This document shows positions 39,812 through 48,377 of a DNA stretch of 64,000 nucleotides, in pieces. Source of the stretch: Alphaproteobacteria bacterium (lineage in GTDB: Bacteria > Pseudomonadota > Alphaproteobacteria > UBA828). Made by a program: the position numbers and the translations under genes. The notes beneath the pieces are model-generated. The model worked only from the letters and a program-made list of their open reading frames with translations. It searched no databases and was not told the DNA's origin. The DNA lies in NCBI GenBank assembly GCA_963667785.2, contig CAXXMU010000001.1:800001-864000 (forward strand). Reading direction: 5' to 3'. How positions within the stretch are numbered: position 1 is the first letter of the stretch; the number at the start of each line of letters is the position of its first letter.

Positions 39812-41179
39812 ATGGCAAGCGACAGACGCGACGCCGCCGCCAACCGGCCCAGCCGCAACCGTCACATTCTGGGGCGGAGCAGCATCTTCTCGCCGGAGGT
39901 GATCGACGACATCCACATCAAGGCGGAGCTCGGCCGCTACCGGATGCGGGGCTTCTCGCTCTTCAAGAACATCCCCACCTTCGACGACCTGACCTTCCTG
40001 CCGGGCACGCTCACGCGCTTCGTCATCGAGGGCTACCGCGAGAAGTGCACCACGACCACGGTGATCGGGCCCAAGGCCAAGCGCCCGCTCGTGCTCGACA
40101 TCCCGGTCTACGTCACCGGCATGAGCTTCGGCGCGCTCTCCTACGAGGCCAAGACCGCGCTCGCCCGCGGCGCCACCATGGCCGGGACGGCAACCTGCTC
40201 CGGCGAGGGCGGCATGATCCCCGACGAGCGCCGCTATTCTGAGAAGTGGCTCTACCAGTGCATCCAGTCGCGCTACGGCTTCAACCCTCACCATCTGAGG
40301 CTGGCGGACGCCTGCGAGTTCTTCATCGGCCAGGGCTGCAAGGTCGGGCTCGGCGGCCATCTGATGGGGCAGAAGGTCACCGACCAGGTGGCCGAGATGC
40401 GCTCGCTGCCCGCCGGCATCGACCAGCGCTCGCCGGCGCGCCATCCGGACTGGCTGGGGCCTGACGATCTCGCCCTCAAGATCAACGAGATCAGGGAAGC
40501 TACCAACGCCGAGATCCCGATCCAGCTCAAGCTCGGCGCCGCCCGCGTCTATGACGACGTGCGCATGGCGATCAAGACGGGGCCCGACAGCATCTACATC
40601 GACGGCATGGAGGGCTCGACCGGCGCCGGCCCGCACCTGGCGACCGAGGAGACCGGCGTGCCCGGCATCGCCGCGATCCGCCAGGCGCGCAAGGCGCTCG
40701 ACGACCTCGGCGCCACCGGAAGCATCAGCCTGGTCTATGCCGGCGGCGTCAGGAACGGCGGCGACATCGCCAAGGCGCTGGCGTTGGGTGCCGACGCGGT
40801 CGCCATCGGCCACTCGGTAATGATGGCGCTCAACTGCAACAAGGACATCCCGGAGGCCGACTACGAGTCGGAGATCGGCGTCGAGGCCGGCTACTGCTAT
40901 CACTGCCACACCGGCCGCTGCCCGGTGGGCGTCGCCACGCAGGATCCGGAGCTGCGCCAGAGACTGGACCCCGACGAGGCGGCGGAGCGGGTCTACAACT
41001 TCCTGCACACGCTGACGCTGGAGTGCCAGATGATGGCGCGCGCCTGCGGCAAGACCGACGTCCACAGCCTGGAGCCCGAGGACCTCGCGGCGCTCACCAT
41101 GGAGGCATCCGCCATGGCCCAGGTACCGCTCGCAGGCTCGCAGCACACCGTCGGCCGCCCCGACATGAACCGCTACTAG
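39812..41179 (+). CDS. FMN-binding glutamate synthase family protein (MgsC/GlxD-like)
   Basis: GMSFGALS, SGEGG, GQGCKVGLGGHL, RSPARHPD, AGGVR, CHTGRCPVGVATQ. Confidence 0.85.
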   Translation: MASDRRDAAANRPSRNRHILGRSSIFSPEVIDDIHIKAELGRYRMRGFSLFKNIPTFDDLTFLPGTLTRFVIEGYREKCTTTTVIGPKAKRPLVLDIPVYVTGMSFGALSYEAKTALARGATMAGTATCSGEGGMIPDERRYSEKWLYQCIQSRYGFNPHHLRLADACEFFIGQGCKVGLGGHLMGQKVTDQVAEMRSLPAGIDQRSPARHPDWLGPDDLALKINEIREATNAEIPIQLKLGAARVYDDVRMAIKTGPDSIYIDGMEGSTGAGPHLATEETGVPGIAAIRQARKALDDLGATGSISLVYAGGVRNGGDIAKALALGADAVAIGHSVMMALNCNKDIPEADYESEIGVEAGYCYHCHTGRCPVGVATQDPELRQRLDPDEAAERVYNFLHTLTLECQMMARACGKTDVHSLEPEDLAALTMEASAMAQVPLAGSQHTVGRPDMNRY

Positions 41180-41194
41180 GACCGGAGAGGCGCC

Positions 41195-41587
41195 ATGAGC
41201 GACAAGACCGGCGACGTCGACTACTACCTGAGCCAGAGCGGCCTCGACAGCGAGCGCGAGAAGGAGATCGGCCAGCACATCGGCTATCGCTACGATGTGA
41301 ACCTGGTGCCGGACTACGAGCGGATCACCCCCTTCCTCAAGCGCTACGTCGAGACCATGGGCTGGACCGACCTGAACTGGCTCGAGGACGTCCATATGGG
41401 CTACGAGGAGGGCCGGCCGGCGGTGTTCGATCGCAACATCAACGGCTGGGTCTCGGTGCCGGCGGACCTGGAGCTGCCGGACAATCAGCAGGACCGCGAC
41501 ATGCTCGCCCGCGAGCTGCTGGTGAAGTTCCAGATGTCGCCCCGGCACCCCATGTCCGACCTCAACGGGGCCTATCGCAAGTTCTAG
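41195..41587 (+). CDS. Protein of unknown function, last gene of the GS/mgs-like operon
   Basis: 130 aa, GGAGAGG RBS, host-like GC3 codon bias, aromatic/acidic-rich. Confidence 0.8.
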   Translation: MSDKTGDVDYYLSQSGLDSEREKEIGQHIGYRYDVNLVPDYERITPFLKRYVETMGWTDLNWLEDVHMGYEEGRPAVFDRNINGWVSVPADLELPDNQQDRDMLARELLVKFQMSPRHPMSDLNGAYRKF

Positions 41588-41590
41588 ACG

Positions 41591-42172
41591 CTAGCGCGCT
41601 CGCCCCTCGGGCGAGGGGTCCGCGCTTCCTTCCAGCCAGCGGGGCGCGAACGCCAGCACCGCGATATCGGGCGGGAGCTGCGGGTTGAAGAGCGCGTTGT
41701 GCCACCAGGTCTCCTCGCGGTGCGCGTCGCCCGCCGGCAGCAGGGTCACCGCACTTGGCAGCGCGTAGCGCTGGCCGTCCTGGGCGAACGCCAGCACGCA
41801 GCGCCCCTCGCGCGCAAGCGCGGCGGCGAGCGCGGAGTTGGCCGCGAAGGTCGCCGTCAGCAGGCCGCTGAAATCGCGCGCATACTGGTAGTAGCGCTCG
41901 GCCAGCAGGGTCAGCGCCGCCTCGCGCCTGGTGCGCGGGTCGTGGGTGCGCCGGGCCAGATGGCGGAACTCGGGCGCGAACGACTCCGCGTCGTGGCGGA
42001 CCAGCAGGGTCGTAACCGCCGGCGCCAGCGCCGTGCCGCCTGCGTCCAGCAGTTGCGGCTGCATGCCGGGCGCCGGCCGGCCTTCGCGGCGTCGCATGGC
42101 GTCCGCGCGTATCCGGCACTGCCAGCCGATGAAGTGATCGCGCAGGCGCTCCGCTCGCGGGGTGGCAGTCAC
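41591..42172 (-). CDS. Hypothetical protein (possibly split-barrel flavin-binding-like)
   Basis: 193 aa protein-like ORF (FIGWQCRIR...WWHNALFNP), convergent with the operon and divergent from the amidase. Confidence 0.65.
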   Translation of the reverse strand: MTATPRAERLRDHFIGWQCRIRADAMRRREGRPAPGMQPQLLDAGGTALAPAVTTLLVRHDAESFAPEFRHLARRTHDPRTRREAALTLLAERYYQYARDFSGLLTATFAANSALAAALAREGRCVLAFAQDGQRYALPSAVTLLPAGDAHREETWWHNALFNPQLPPDIAVLAFAPRWLEGSADPSPEGRAR

Positions 42173-42361
42173 GGCCCGTCAGCCCTGTTCGTCACGATCC
42201 GCCCGCCAGGTCCGCCCGTACGATGCGCCCGCGATGGTAGCCGCGGGGCCGCCCCGCGGCCACCGTAGCCAACGCTGGTCGCGTCCCCGCCGTGCCGTTG
42301 TCGGTGACGCGGCGGCAGCCTAGGATCGAACGCCATACCCATCAGCCGAGACGAGGCCACC

Positions 42362-43927
42362 ATGTCGCGCGGCCCTGAGCTGCCCTCCATCAATCAACTG
42401 GCCGAGATCGCGGACGACTTCGGGCTCGACATGTCGCTCGAGGATCTCACCAACCAGCGCGAGGCCATGCGGGGCGCCATCGCGAGCCTGCGCCACGTCG
42501 ACGACATGCCGGAGGAGCGCCCGCAGGTGGCGTACCCGCGCACGCCCGGCTACCGCCCGCATCCGGACGAGAACCCCTACAACGCCTGGTACTGGCGGAC
42601 CGAGGTGAAGGGCGCGGACGCGGGCCCGCTCGCCGGCGAGGAGGTCGGCGTCAAGGATGTGGTCTCGCTGGCCGGCGTGCCGATGATGAACGGCGCGCGC
42701 GCCCTCGAGGGCCACGTGCCGACCATCGACGCCACCATCGTCACCCGCCTGCTCGACGCCGGCGCCACCATCGTCGGCAAGACGGCCTGCGCCGACTTCT
42801 CCTTCTCGGGTGGCGGCCACACCAGCGGCTACGGCCCGGTGCGCAATCCGCGCAAGCCGACGCACGCGCCCGGCGGTTCGTCGAAGGGGAGCGCCGCGGC
42901 GGTGGCCGCCGGCGACGTGGCGATGGCGATCGGCGGCGATCAGGGCGGATCGATCCGCATCCCCGCTTCGTGGTGCGGCGTGGTCGGACACAAGGCGACC
43001 TACGGGCTCATCCCCTATACCGGCTGCCTCGCGATCGAGATGACCCTCGATCACATCGGCCCGATGACGGACACCGTCGAGAACTGCGCTCGCATGCTCT
43101 CGGTGCTCGCCGGCCCCGATCCGCTCGATCCGCGCCAGCGGGGCGTGATCCCCGAGAGCTACGTGCAGGACTATCTGCCTGCAATCGGCGCGGGCTGCGA
43201 GGGCATTCGCATCGGCGTGCTCACCGAGGGCTTCGGCCAGACGGAGGAGACCTGGCCCGAGTTCGGCCTGCCGGGGAGCGTGCCGGCGGTGGACGAATCC
43301 GTGCGCGCGGCCGTGCGCCGGCTGGCCGAGCGCGGGGCCGAGGTGAGCGAGGTCTCCGTGCCCGCGCACTACCACGGGCTCAGGCTCTGGTTCGCCATCG
43401 CCGCCGAGGGTGCGACCGAGTTCATGCTCAAGGCGGGCGGCGTCGGCACGGGCTGGATCGGCTACTACGACACCCAGTTCCTGGAACATGCGTCGCGGGC
43501 GGCGCTCACCCGCCAGAACGACTATCCCCACACCGTGAAGAACGTCCTCCTGCTCGGCGGGTATCTCAAGCGCTACTACCACGGCACCTACTACGCCAAG
43601 GCGCAGAACCAGCGCCGCCGGCTCACGGCCGACTACGACGCGGCGCTCCGGGATGTGGACGTGCTGGTGCTGCCGACCATTCCGCACCTGTCTGCACCGA
43701 TCCCGAGCCTCGATGCCGAGTTCGGGGAATACATGTCCCGGGCGCTGAGCATGATCAACAACACGCCGCAGTTCAATCTGACCGGCCATCCGGCCATCAG
43801 CGTGCCCTGCGGCGTGAGCGACGGGCTCCCCATCGGCTGCCAGATCGTCGGCCGCCACTTCGATGATCTCACGGCGCTGAAGGTCGCCGATGCGCTGGAG
43901 AAGAGCGCCGACTGGCAGAGCCTGTAG
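42362..43927 (+). CDS. Amidase signature family amidase
   Basis: VKD, GGSSKGS and GDQGGSIRIPASWCG (Lys-cisSer-Ser triad); GLPIG. Confidence 0.92.
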   Translation: MSRGPELPSINQLAEIADDFGLDMSLEDLTNQREAMRGAIASLRHVDDMPEERPQVAYPRTPGYRPHPDENPYNAWYWRTEVKGADAGPLAGEEVGVKDVVSLAGVPMMNGARALEGHVPTIDATIVTRLLDAGATIVGKTACADFSFSGGGHTSGYGPVRNPRKPTHAPGGSSKGSAAAVAAGDVAMAIGGDQGGSIRIPASWCGVVGHKATYGLIPYTGCLAIEMTLDHIGPMTDTVENCARMLSVLAGPDPLDPRQRGVIPESYVQDYLPAIGAGCEGIRIGVLTEGFGQTEETWPEFGLPGSVPAVDESVRAAVRRLAERGAEVSEVSVPAHYHGLRLWFAIAAEGATEFMLKAGGVGTGWIGYYDTQFLEHASRAALTRQNDYPHTVKNVLLLGGYLKRYYHGTYYAKAQNQRRRLTADYDAALRDVDVLVLPTIPHLSAPIPSLDAEFGEYMSRALSMINNTPQFNLTGHPAISVPCGVSDGLPIGCQIVGRHFDDLTALKVADALEKSADWQSL

Positions 43928-43954
43928 CCGTCGCGGTGGCGCGCGCCCTTCGAG

Positions 43955-45535
43955 ATGCACGGATCGGTGGCGACGATGGAAGGGTCGGAGCGCTGGACCG
44001 TCCGCAAGCCCGTCGTGACGAGCAGCGGGGGCGTGGTCGCGACGCAGCATCAGGCCGCCTCCGAGGTCGGCGCCCGCGTGCTGGCAGACGGCGGCAACGC
44101 CGTGGATGCCGCCGTCGCCGCGAGCGTCGCGCTGGCCGCGGTCGAGCCCTGGATGAGCGGACTCGGCGGCGGCGGCTACATGCTCGTCCGCTCCGCCGGC
44201 GAGGACCGCACCTGGACGATCTCGTTCGGGATGGTGGCGCCAGGCGCGCTGGACCCGGCGGACTACCCGCTCACCGGCGAGACCGGCGCGGACATGTTCG
44301 GCTGGCCGGCGGTGCTGGACGATCGCAACCTGCGGGGCCCGCTCGCGGTGGCGGTGCCGGGCCAGGTCGCGGGCCTCGCCCTGGCGCACGAGTGTTTCGG
44401 CACCTGGCGCTGGGCCGATCTGCTGGCGCCCGCGTGCGCGCTCGCCGAGCAGGGCCTGGCGGTCGACTGGCATACGACGCTGGCAATCGCGGCGACCGCG
44501 CAGGAGCTCGCCGGGGACCCCGTCTGCGCCGCGATCTACATGCCGGACGGATTGCCGCTGGCCGCACCCTGGACCGGGCCCGCACCCTGTATCCGCCTGG
44601 GGTCGCTGGCCGGGACGCTGCGCCGGCTCGCCGAGGCGGGGCCCGAGGACTTCTATTCCGGCGAGATCGCCCGTGCCGTATGCGCCGACATGGCGGCGCT
44701 CGGTGGGCGCCTCTCGGCGGCCGATCTCGCTTCCTACGAGGCCCGGGTCGAGGAGACGCCCGCGGCTCGCTACCGGGACGCCCTGGTGCGGACGGCATCG
44801 GGGCTCACCGCCGGCCCGACGCTGGTCGACGTGCTGAACCGCCTCTCGGGCTCGCTCGATCCCGCCGCCGCGACGGAGGGCGAGACCTACTGTGCCTATG
44901 CCGAGGCGTTGCGCGGCGCCTATGCCGCGCGGCTGCGGGCGCTCGGTGACAGCACGAGCGCGGATCGCGCCTCCTGCACCAGCCATCTCGGCGCGGTCGA
45001 CCGGGACGGCACCGTCGTCGCGCTGACCCAGACCCTGCTCTCGCCCTTCGGTGCCAAGGTGATGCTGCCGGAGACCGGGATCCTGATGAACAACGGCATC
45101 ATGTGGTTCGATCCCCGGCCCGGCGGACCCAACTCGATCGCGCCCGGCAAGCGCCCGCTCTCCAACATGTGCCCGACGATCGTCGAGTTCGAGGACGGCC
45201 GCTGTGCAGGCCTCGGCGCATCGGGCGGGCGCCGCATCCTGCCTGCCGTGGCGCAACTGCTCTCCTTCCTCGCGGACTTCGGCATGAGCCTGGACGAGGC
45301 CGTGCACAGCCCGCGCATCAATGTCGACGGACCCGGCCTCGTCGAGGCGGATGCGCGGCTGCCGGCAGGCACCCTCGCCATGCTCGAGGCCCGGTTCGAT
45401 CTCTCGGTCCGGCCCTACGGGGTTCATCCCTCGTCCTACGCCTGCCCGAACGCGGTCGTCTGGGAGCCTGCGACGGGCACGGCCACCGGCGCCGCCCACG
45501 TCATGTCCCCCAATGCGTGCGTCGGCGCGCCCTGA
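43955..45535 (+). CDS. Gamma-glutamyltransferase family protein
   Basis: GGNAVDAA, SGLGGGG, catalytic CTSHL, NNG, PGKRPLSNM, GASGG. Confidence 0.9.
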   Translation: MHGSVATMEGSERWTVRKPVVTSSGGVVATQHQAASEVGARVLADGGNAVDAAVAASVALAAVEPWMSGLGGGGYMLVRSAGEDRTWTISFGMVAPGALDPADYPLTGETGADMFGWPAVLDDRNLRGPLAVAVPGQVAGLALAHECFGTWRWADLLAPACALAEQGLAVDWHTTLAIAATAQELAGDPVCAAIYMPDGLPLAAPWTGPAPCIRLGSLAGTLRRLAEAGPEDFYSGEIARAVCADMAALGGRLSAADLASYEARVEETPAARYRDALVRTASGLTAGPTLVDVLNRLSGSLDPAAATEGETYCAYAEALRGAYAARLRALGDSTSADRASCTSHLGAVDRDGTVVALTQTLLSPFGAKVMLPETGILMNNGIMWFDPRPGGPNSIAPGKRPLSNMCPTIVEFEDGRCAGLGASGGRRILPAVAQLLSFLADFGMSLDEAVHSPRINVDGPGLVEADARLPAGTLAMLEARFDLSVRPYGVHPSSYACPNAVVWEPATGTATGAAHVMSPNACVGAP

Positions 45536-45572
45536 CCGGGGACGGGGACCTCGGGGAGGAACGGAGGAATCG

Positions 45573-46331
45573 ATGCAGAGCCGAACGCGCATCGGCATGA
45601 TCACGCCGTCGCTCAACACGGTGCTGGAGCCCGTGACCTACGCCATGCTCGCGGGCCTGCCCGACGTGACCGCGCATTTCAGCCGGCTCTCGGTGAGCAG
45701 CATCGCGCTCGACGAGGAGGCGAAGGCGCAGTTCGCCGACGAGCCGATGCTCGCGGCCGCGCGCCTGCTGGCCGATGCCCGCGTCCATGCGATCTGCTGG
45801 AACGGCACCGCCGGAAGCTGGCTCGGCCCCGACTTCGACCGGCGGCTCTGCGAAGCGATCGCGCGCGAGACCGGGATTCCCGCGACGAGCGCCACGCTGG
45901 CGCTGGCGGAGCTCTTCCGCAGCCGGGGAATCACGCGCTTCGCCCTGGTGACGCCGTTCGAGGACGCGCTGCAGGAGGCGATCATCGACACCTACCGGCG
46001 CGAGGGCTTCGAGTGCGTGGCCGAGCGTCACCTCGACAGCGACGACACCTTCGGCTACGCCGCCGTCCCGCCGGCGGACACCGAAGGGATGATGCGCGCC
46101 GTCGCCGACGCCGGCCCCGAGGTCATCGCCGCGGTCTGCACGAACATGATGGGCGCCCCCCACGCCCGCGCCATGGAGGCGGAGGCCGGCCGGCCGGTCT
46201 ACGACAGCGTGGCGGCGGCGCTCTGGGGCACGCTCGCGCTCGCGGGCGTCGATCCAGGCCGGGTCGACGGCTGGGGCGAGCTCTTCTCCGTCACGCCCGC
46301 TTCACTGGAGCGTCTCGGCGCCGTCGTCTGA
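45573..46331 (+). CDS. Asp/Glu racemase - maleate isomerase/arylmalonate decarboxylase family protein
   Basis: IGMITPSLNTVLE, WNGTAGSW, LVTPF, VCTN, PVYDS; GGAGG RBS. Confidence 0.82.
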   Translation: MQSRTRIGMITPSLNTVLEPVTYAMLAGLPDVTAHFSRLSVSSIALDEEAKAQFADEPMLAAARLLADARVHAICWNGTAGSWLGPDFDRRLCEAIARETGIPATSATLALAELFRSRGITRFALVTPFEDALQEAIIDTYRREGFECVAERHLDSDDTFGYAAVPPADTEGMMRAVADAGPEVIAAVCTNMMGAPHARAMEAEAGRPVYDSVAAALWGTLALAGVDPGRVDGWGELFSVTPASLERLGAVV

Positions 46332-46356
46332 GAGGGGGCGGGGCGGCCCGCCCGGC

Positions 46357-47289
46357 TCAGGCGCTCGCTGCCTGCTCCTGCGGCGGCTCCAGCAGGTCGG
46401 CCACCGGCGTCGCGTGCCAGCCGTCGGCCCGCTTGGACCAGTAGAGGTCGGCGAGCCGGCCGGTGGTGATGCCCGGTGCGCCGTTGCCGATCGGCTTGTC
46501 GTTGACCCGGACGACCGGCATCACGCCGCCGCCGGACGACGAGATGAAGGCCTCGCTCGCCTGCTCCAGGTCCTCCGCCCGCAGGTCCGCCGCCTCGGCC
46601 TCGAGGCCGATGTCGCTGCAGAGGTCGAACACGGTCTTGCGGGTGATCCCTTCCAGCAGGTTCTCGCCAGGCGTCAACGCCTTGCCGTCGCGGATGATCC
46701 ACACGTTGAAGCCGGGCCCTTCCGTCAGGTAGCCCTCGGTCGACAGCAGCACCGGCTGGTCGGCGCCGGCATCGAGCGCCTCGAAGTGGGCGGCGGTGAG
46801 GTCCATCCGGTTGAAGTTCTTGCAGCGCTGGTTGATGGCGGCGTCCGGCGCGCGGCGGGTCTCGGCGATCCAGAGATGCGCGCCCGACTTCACCTTCGGC
46901 TCCGGCACGATGGTGTAGTAGGGCACCGCATAGGCGATCAGCTCGTTCTCGGACGAGCGCGGGTCGCCGAAGGCGGCGCCGCCGGCATAGCGCCCGCGGG
47001 TGCAGAGCACGTAGACGATCGAATCGGTGAAGCCCGCACGGTCGACACATTGCGCCATGATGTGCCTGATCTCGGCGTCCGCCAGCGGCGGCGTGAGCCG
47101 CACCAGCGCGCAGGAATCGTAGAAGCGCTTCATGTGGTCTTCGAGCCGGAAGAAGATGCCGTCGCAGACCGTGACCGCGTCGAACACCACGTCGCTCTTG
47201 TGGAAGGCCGGGTCGAGGATCGGTATCGATGCCTCCTCGATCGGCACGTAGCGACCCTGGCAATAGGCGATTCCCTTCGATTCCGACAT
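46357..47289 (-). CDS. Fold-type IV PLP aminotransferase, (R)-amine transaminase-like
   Basis: FRLEDHMKRF, catalytic K in CKNFN, TEGPGFNV, LEGITR; SDVVFD and YAVPY. Confidence 0.85.
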   Translation of the reverse strand: MSESKGIAYCQGRYVPIEEASIPILDPAFHKSDVVFDAVTVCDGIFFRLEDHMKRFYDSCALVRLTPPLADAEIRHIMAQCVDRAGFTDSIVYVLCTRGRYAGGAAFGDPRSSENELIAYAVPYYTIVPEPKVKSGAHLWIAETRRAPDAAINQRCKNFNRMDLTAAHFEALDAGADQPVLLSTEGYLTEGPGFNVWIIRDGKALTPGENLLEGITRKTVFDLCSDIGLEAEAADLRAEDLEQASEAFISSSGGGVMPVVRVNDKPIGNGAPGITTGRLADLYWSKRADGWHATPVADLLEPPQEQAASA

Positions 47290-47524
47290 GACTGCGGCCT
47301 CCCGGACGGCGTTGTGCGGACTGGTCGGGACCCTACGGCGGCGCGACGCCTGCGGTCAATGTCTCCGGCGCCGGGCTTCCACCCGCCACAAATATCGCCC
47401 GAGCGGCCAGAAGGGTGCAGAAACGAATCGGGCAAGGCGGCGGAAGCCGCTATGATTGGGCTGCGTGACGAAGCGGGGCGAACCCGCCGCAGCGCCGGTC
47501 TCACAGAAAGCAAGTTGGTCCATC

Positions 47525-48073
47525 ATGTCAGACATCAGTTCACCGCCTCCCTCCGGCGGCCCGATCACCGCCTCGGTCAAGTGGTTCAATCCCACCAAGG
47601 GCTTCGGCTTCCTCGTTCCCGACGACGGCTCGCCCGACGTCTTTTGCCACGTGTCCGCGGTCGAGCGGGCCGGCTACGACACGCTCGCCCAGGGGGCCAC
47701 GGTCACCTGCGAAATCGTGCAGGGGCAGAAGGGCCCGCAGGTCTCGCAAATCCTGAACGTCGATACCTCGACCGCGACCGCTCCGCTGCCGCGCAGCGAC
47801 CGGCCGCGCCGCGCCGGTCCGGGCGGCTACCAGGCCCGGCGTTTCAACGAGCCGATGGGCCCGACAGAGGAAATCGAGGGCACGGTCAAGTTCTACAACG
47901 TGAGCAAGAGCTACGGCTTCGCGACGCCCGACGGCGGCGGGCAGGACGTGTTCATTCACGCCAAGGTGCTGGCCCGCTCCGGCCTCGACGACCTGGAGCC
48001 CCAGCAGCGGGTGCGGCTGACGATTACCCAGGGCCCGCGCGGGCCGCAGGCCACCAATATCGAGCTGATCTGA
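47525..48073 (+). CDS. Cold-shock protein with two CSD domains
   Basis: VKWFNPTKGFGF...DVFCH and VKFYNVSKSYGF...DVFIH. Confidence 0.92.
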   Translation: MSDISSPPPSGGPITASVKWFNPTKGFGFLVPDDGSPDVFCHVSAVERAGYDTLAQGATVTCEIVQGQKGPQVSQILNVDTSTATAPLPRSDRPRRAGPGGYQARRFNEPMGPTEEIEGTVKFYNVSKSYGFATPDGGGQDVFIHAKVLARSGLDDLEPQQRVRLTITQGPRGPQATNIELI

Positions 48074-48228
48074 GCCTGCACGCTTGCGACGCGCGGCTCC
48101 GCCCGGCGGGCCGCGCCGCCGCACGGGGAGGCGGCCGCGGGGCCGCAGGGAGCGAACGTGGGCGCCACCGGAGCGTCACCCGTGTGTGGCTCAGTCCTTG
48201 GCGGTGTTTTTCTCGGTGGCGAAGTCGG

Positions 48229-48377
48229 CGCTTCACGACGGGCGTTGCCGCACGCCATGCAAGACTCGCTTCCGGCTGGCGGGCTGCGCCTTTGCCGGGC
48301 GGGAGTCGAACCCGCTGGATCGCTACGAGAGGTTTCAGTTCGTGGCATCCTCCTCTCCAGGGCTTACCCTGGCGCAA
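48229..48377 (-). mobile_element. 5' fragment (domain I) of a group II intron; no RT ORF and no domain V/VI
   Basis: Minus strand TTGCGCCAGGGTAAGCCCTGGAGAGGAGGATG...GAAACCTCTC...CCAGCGGGTTCGACTCCCGCCCGGCAAAGG...CCAGCCGGAAGCGAGTCTTG...GTGAAGCG; a (G/U)UGCG 5' end with a recognisable bacterial group IIB domain I layout. Confidence 0.8.

Noticed and set aside
36482-41179. Housekeeping glnA plus a split gltB (GS/GOGAT)
   Set aside because: The three separate GATase/GXGXG/FMN subunits match the mgsABC/glxBCD architecture, no gltD is present, and the GS-like protein is divergent from GSI; gene symbols were therefore withheld.
42320-45619. 1099-aa minus-strand ORF, and similar long ORFs at 7964..10198, 12711..14891, 46414..49338, 52807..55665 and 61386..63896
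   Set aside because: Shadow frames overlapping well-supported genes; Arg/Ala/Gly/Pro-rich with no motifs, as expected in high-GC DNA.
48290-48325. tRNA-like GGGTTCGACTCCC T-loop on the minus strand
   Set aside because: No cloverleaf or CCA end; it is a stem-loop inside the group II intron domain I fragment.
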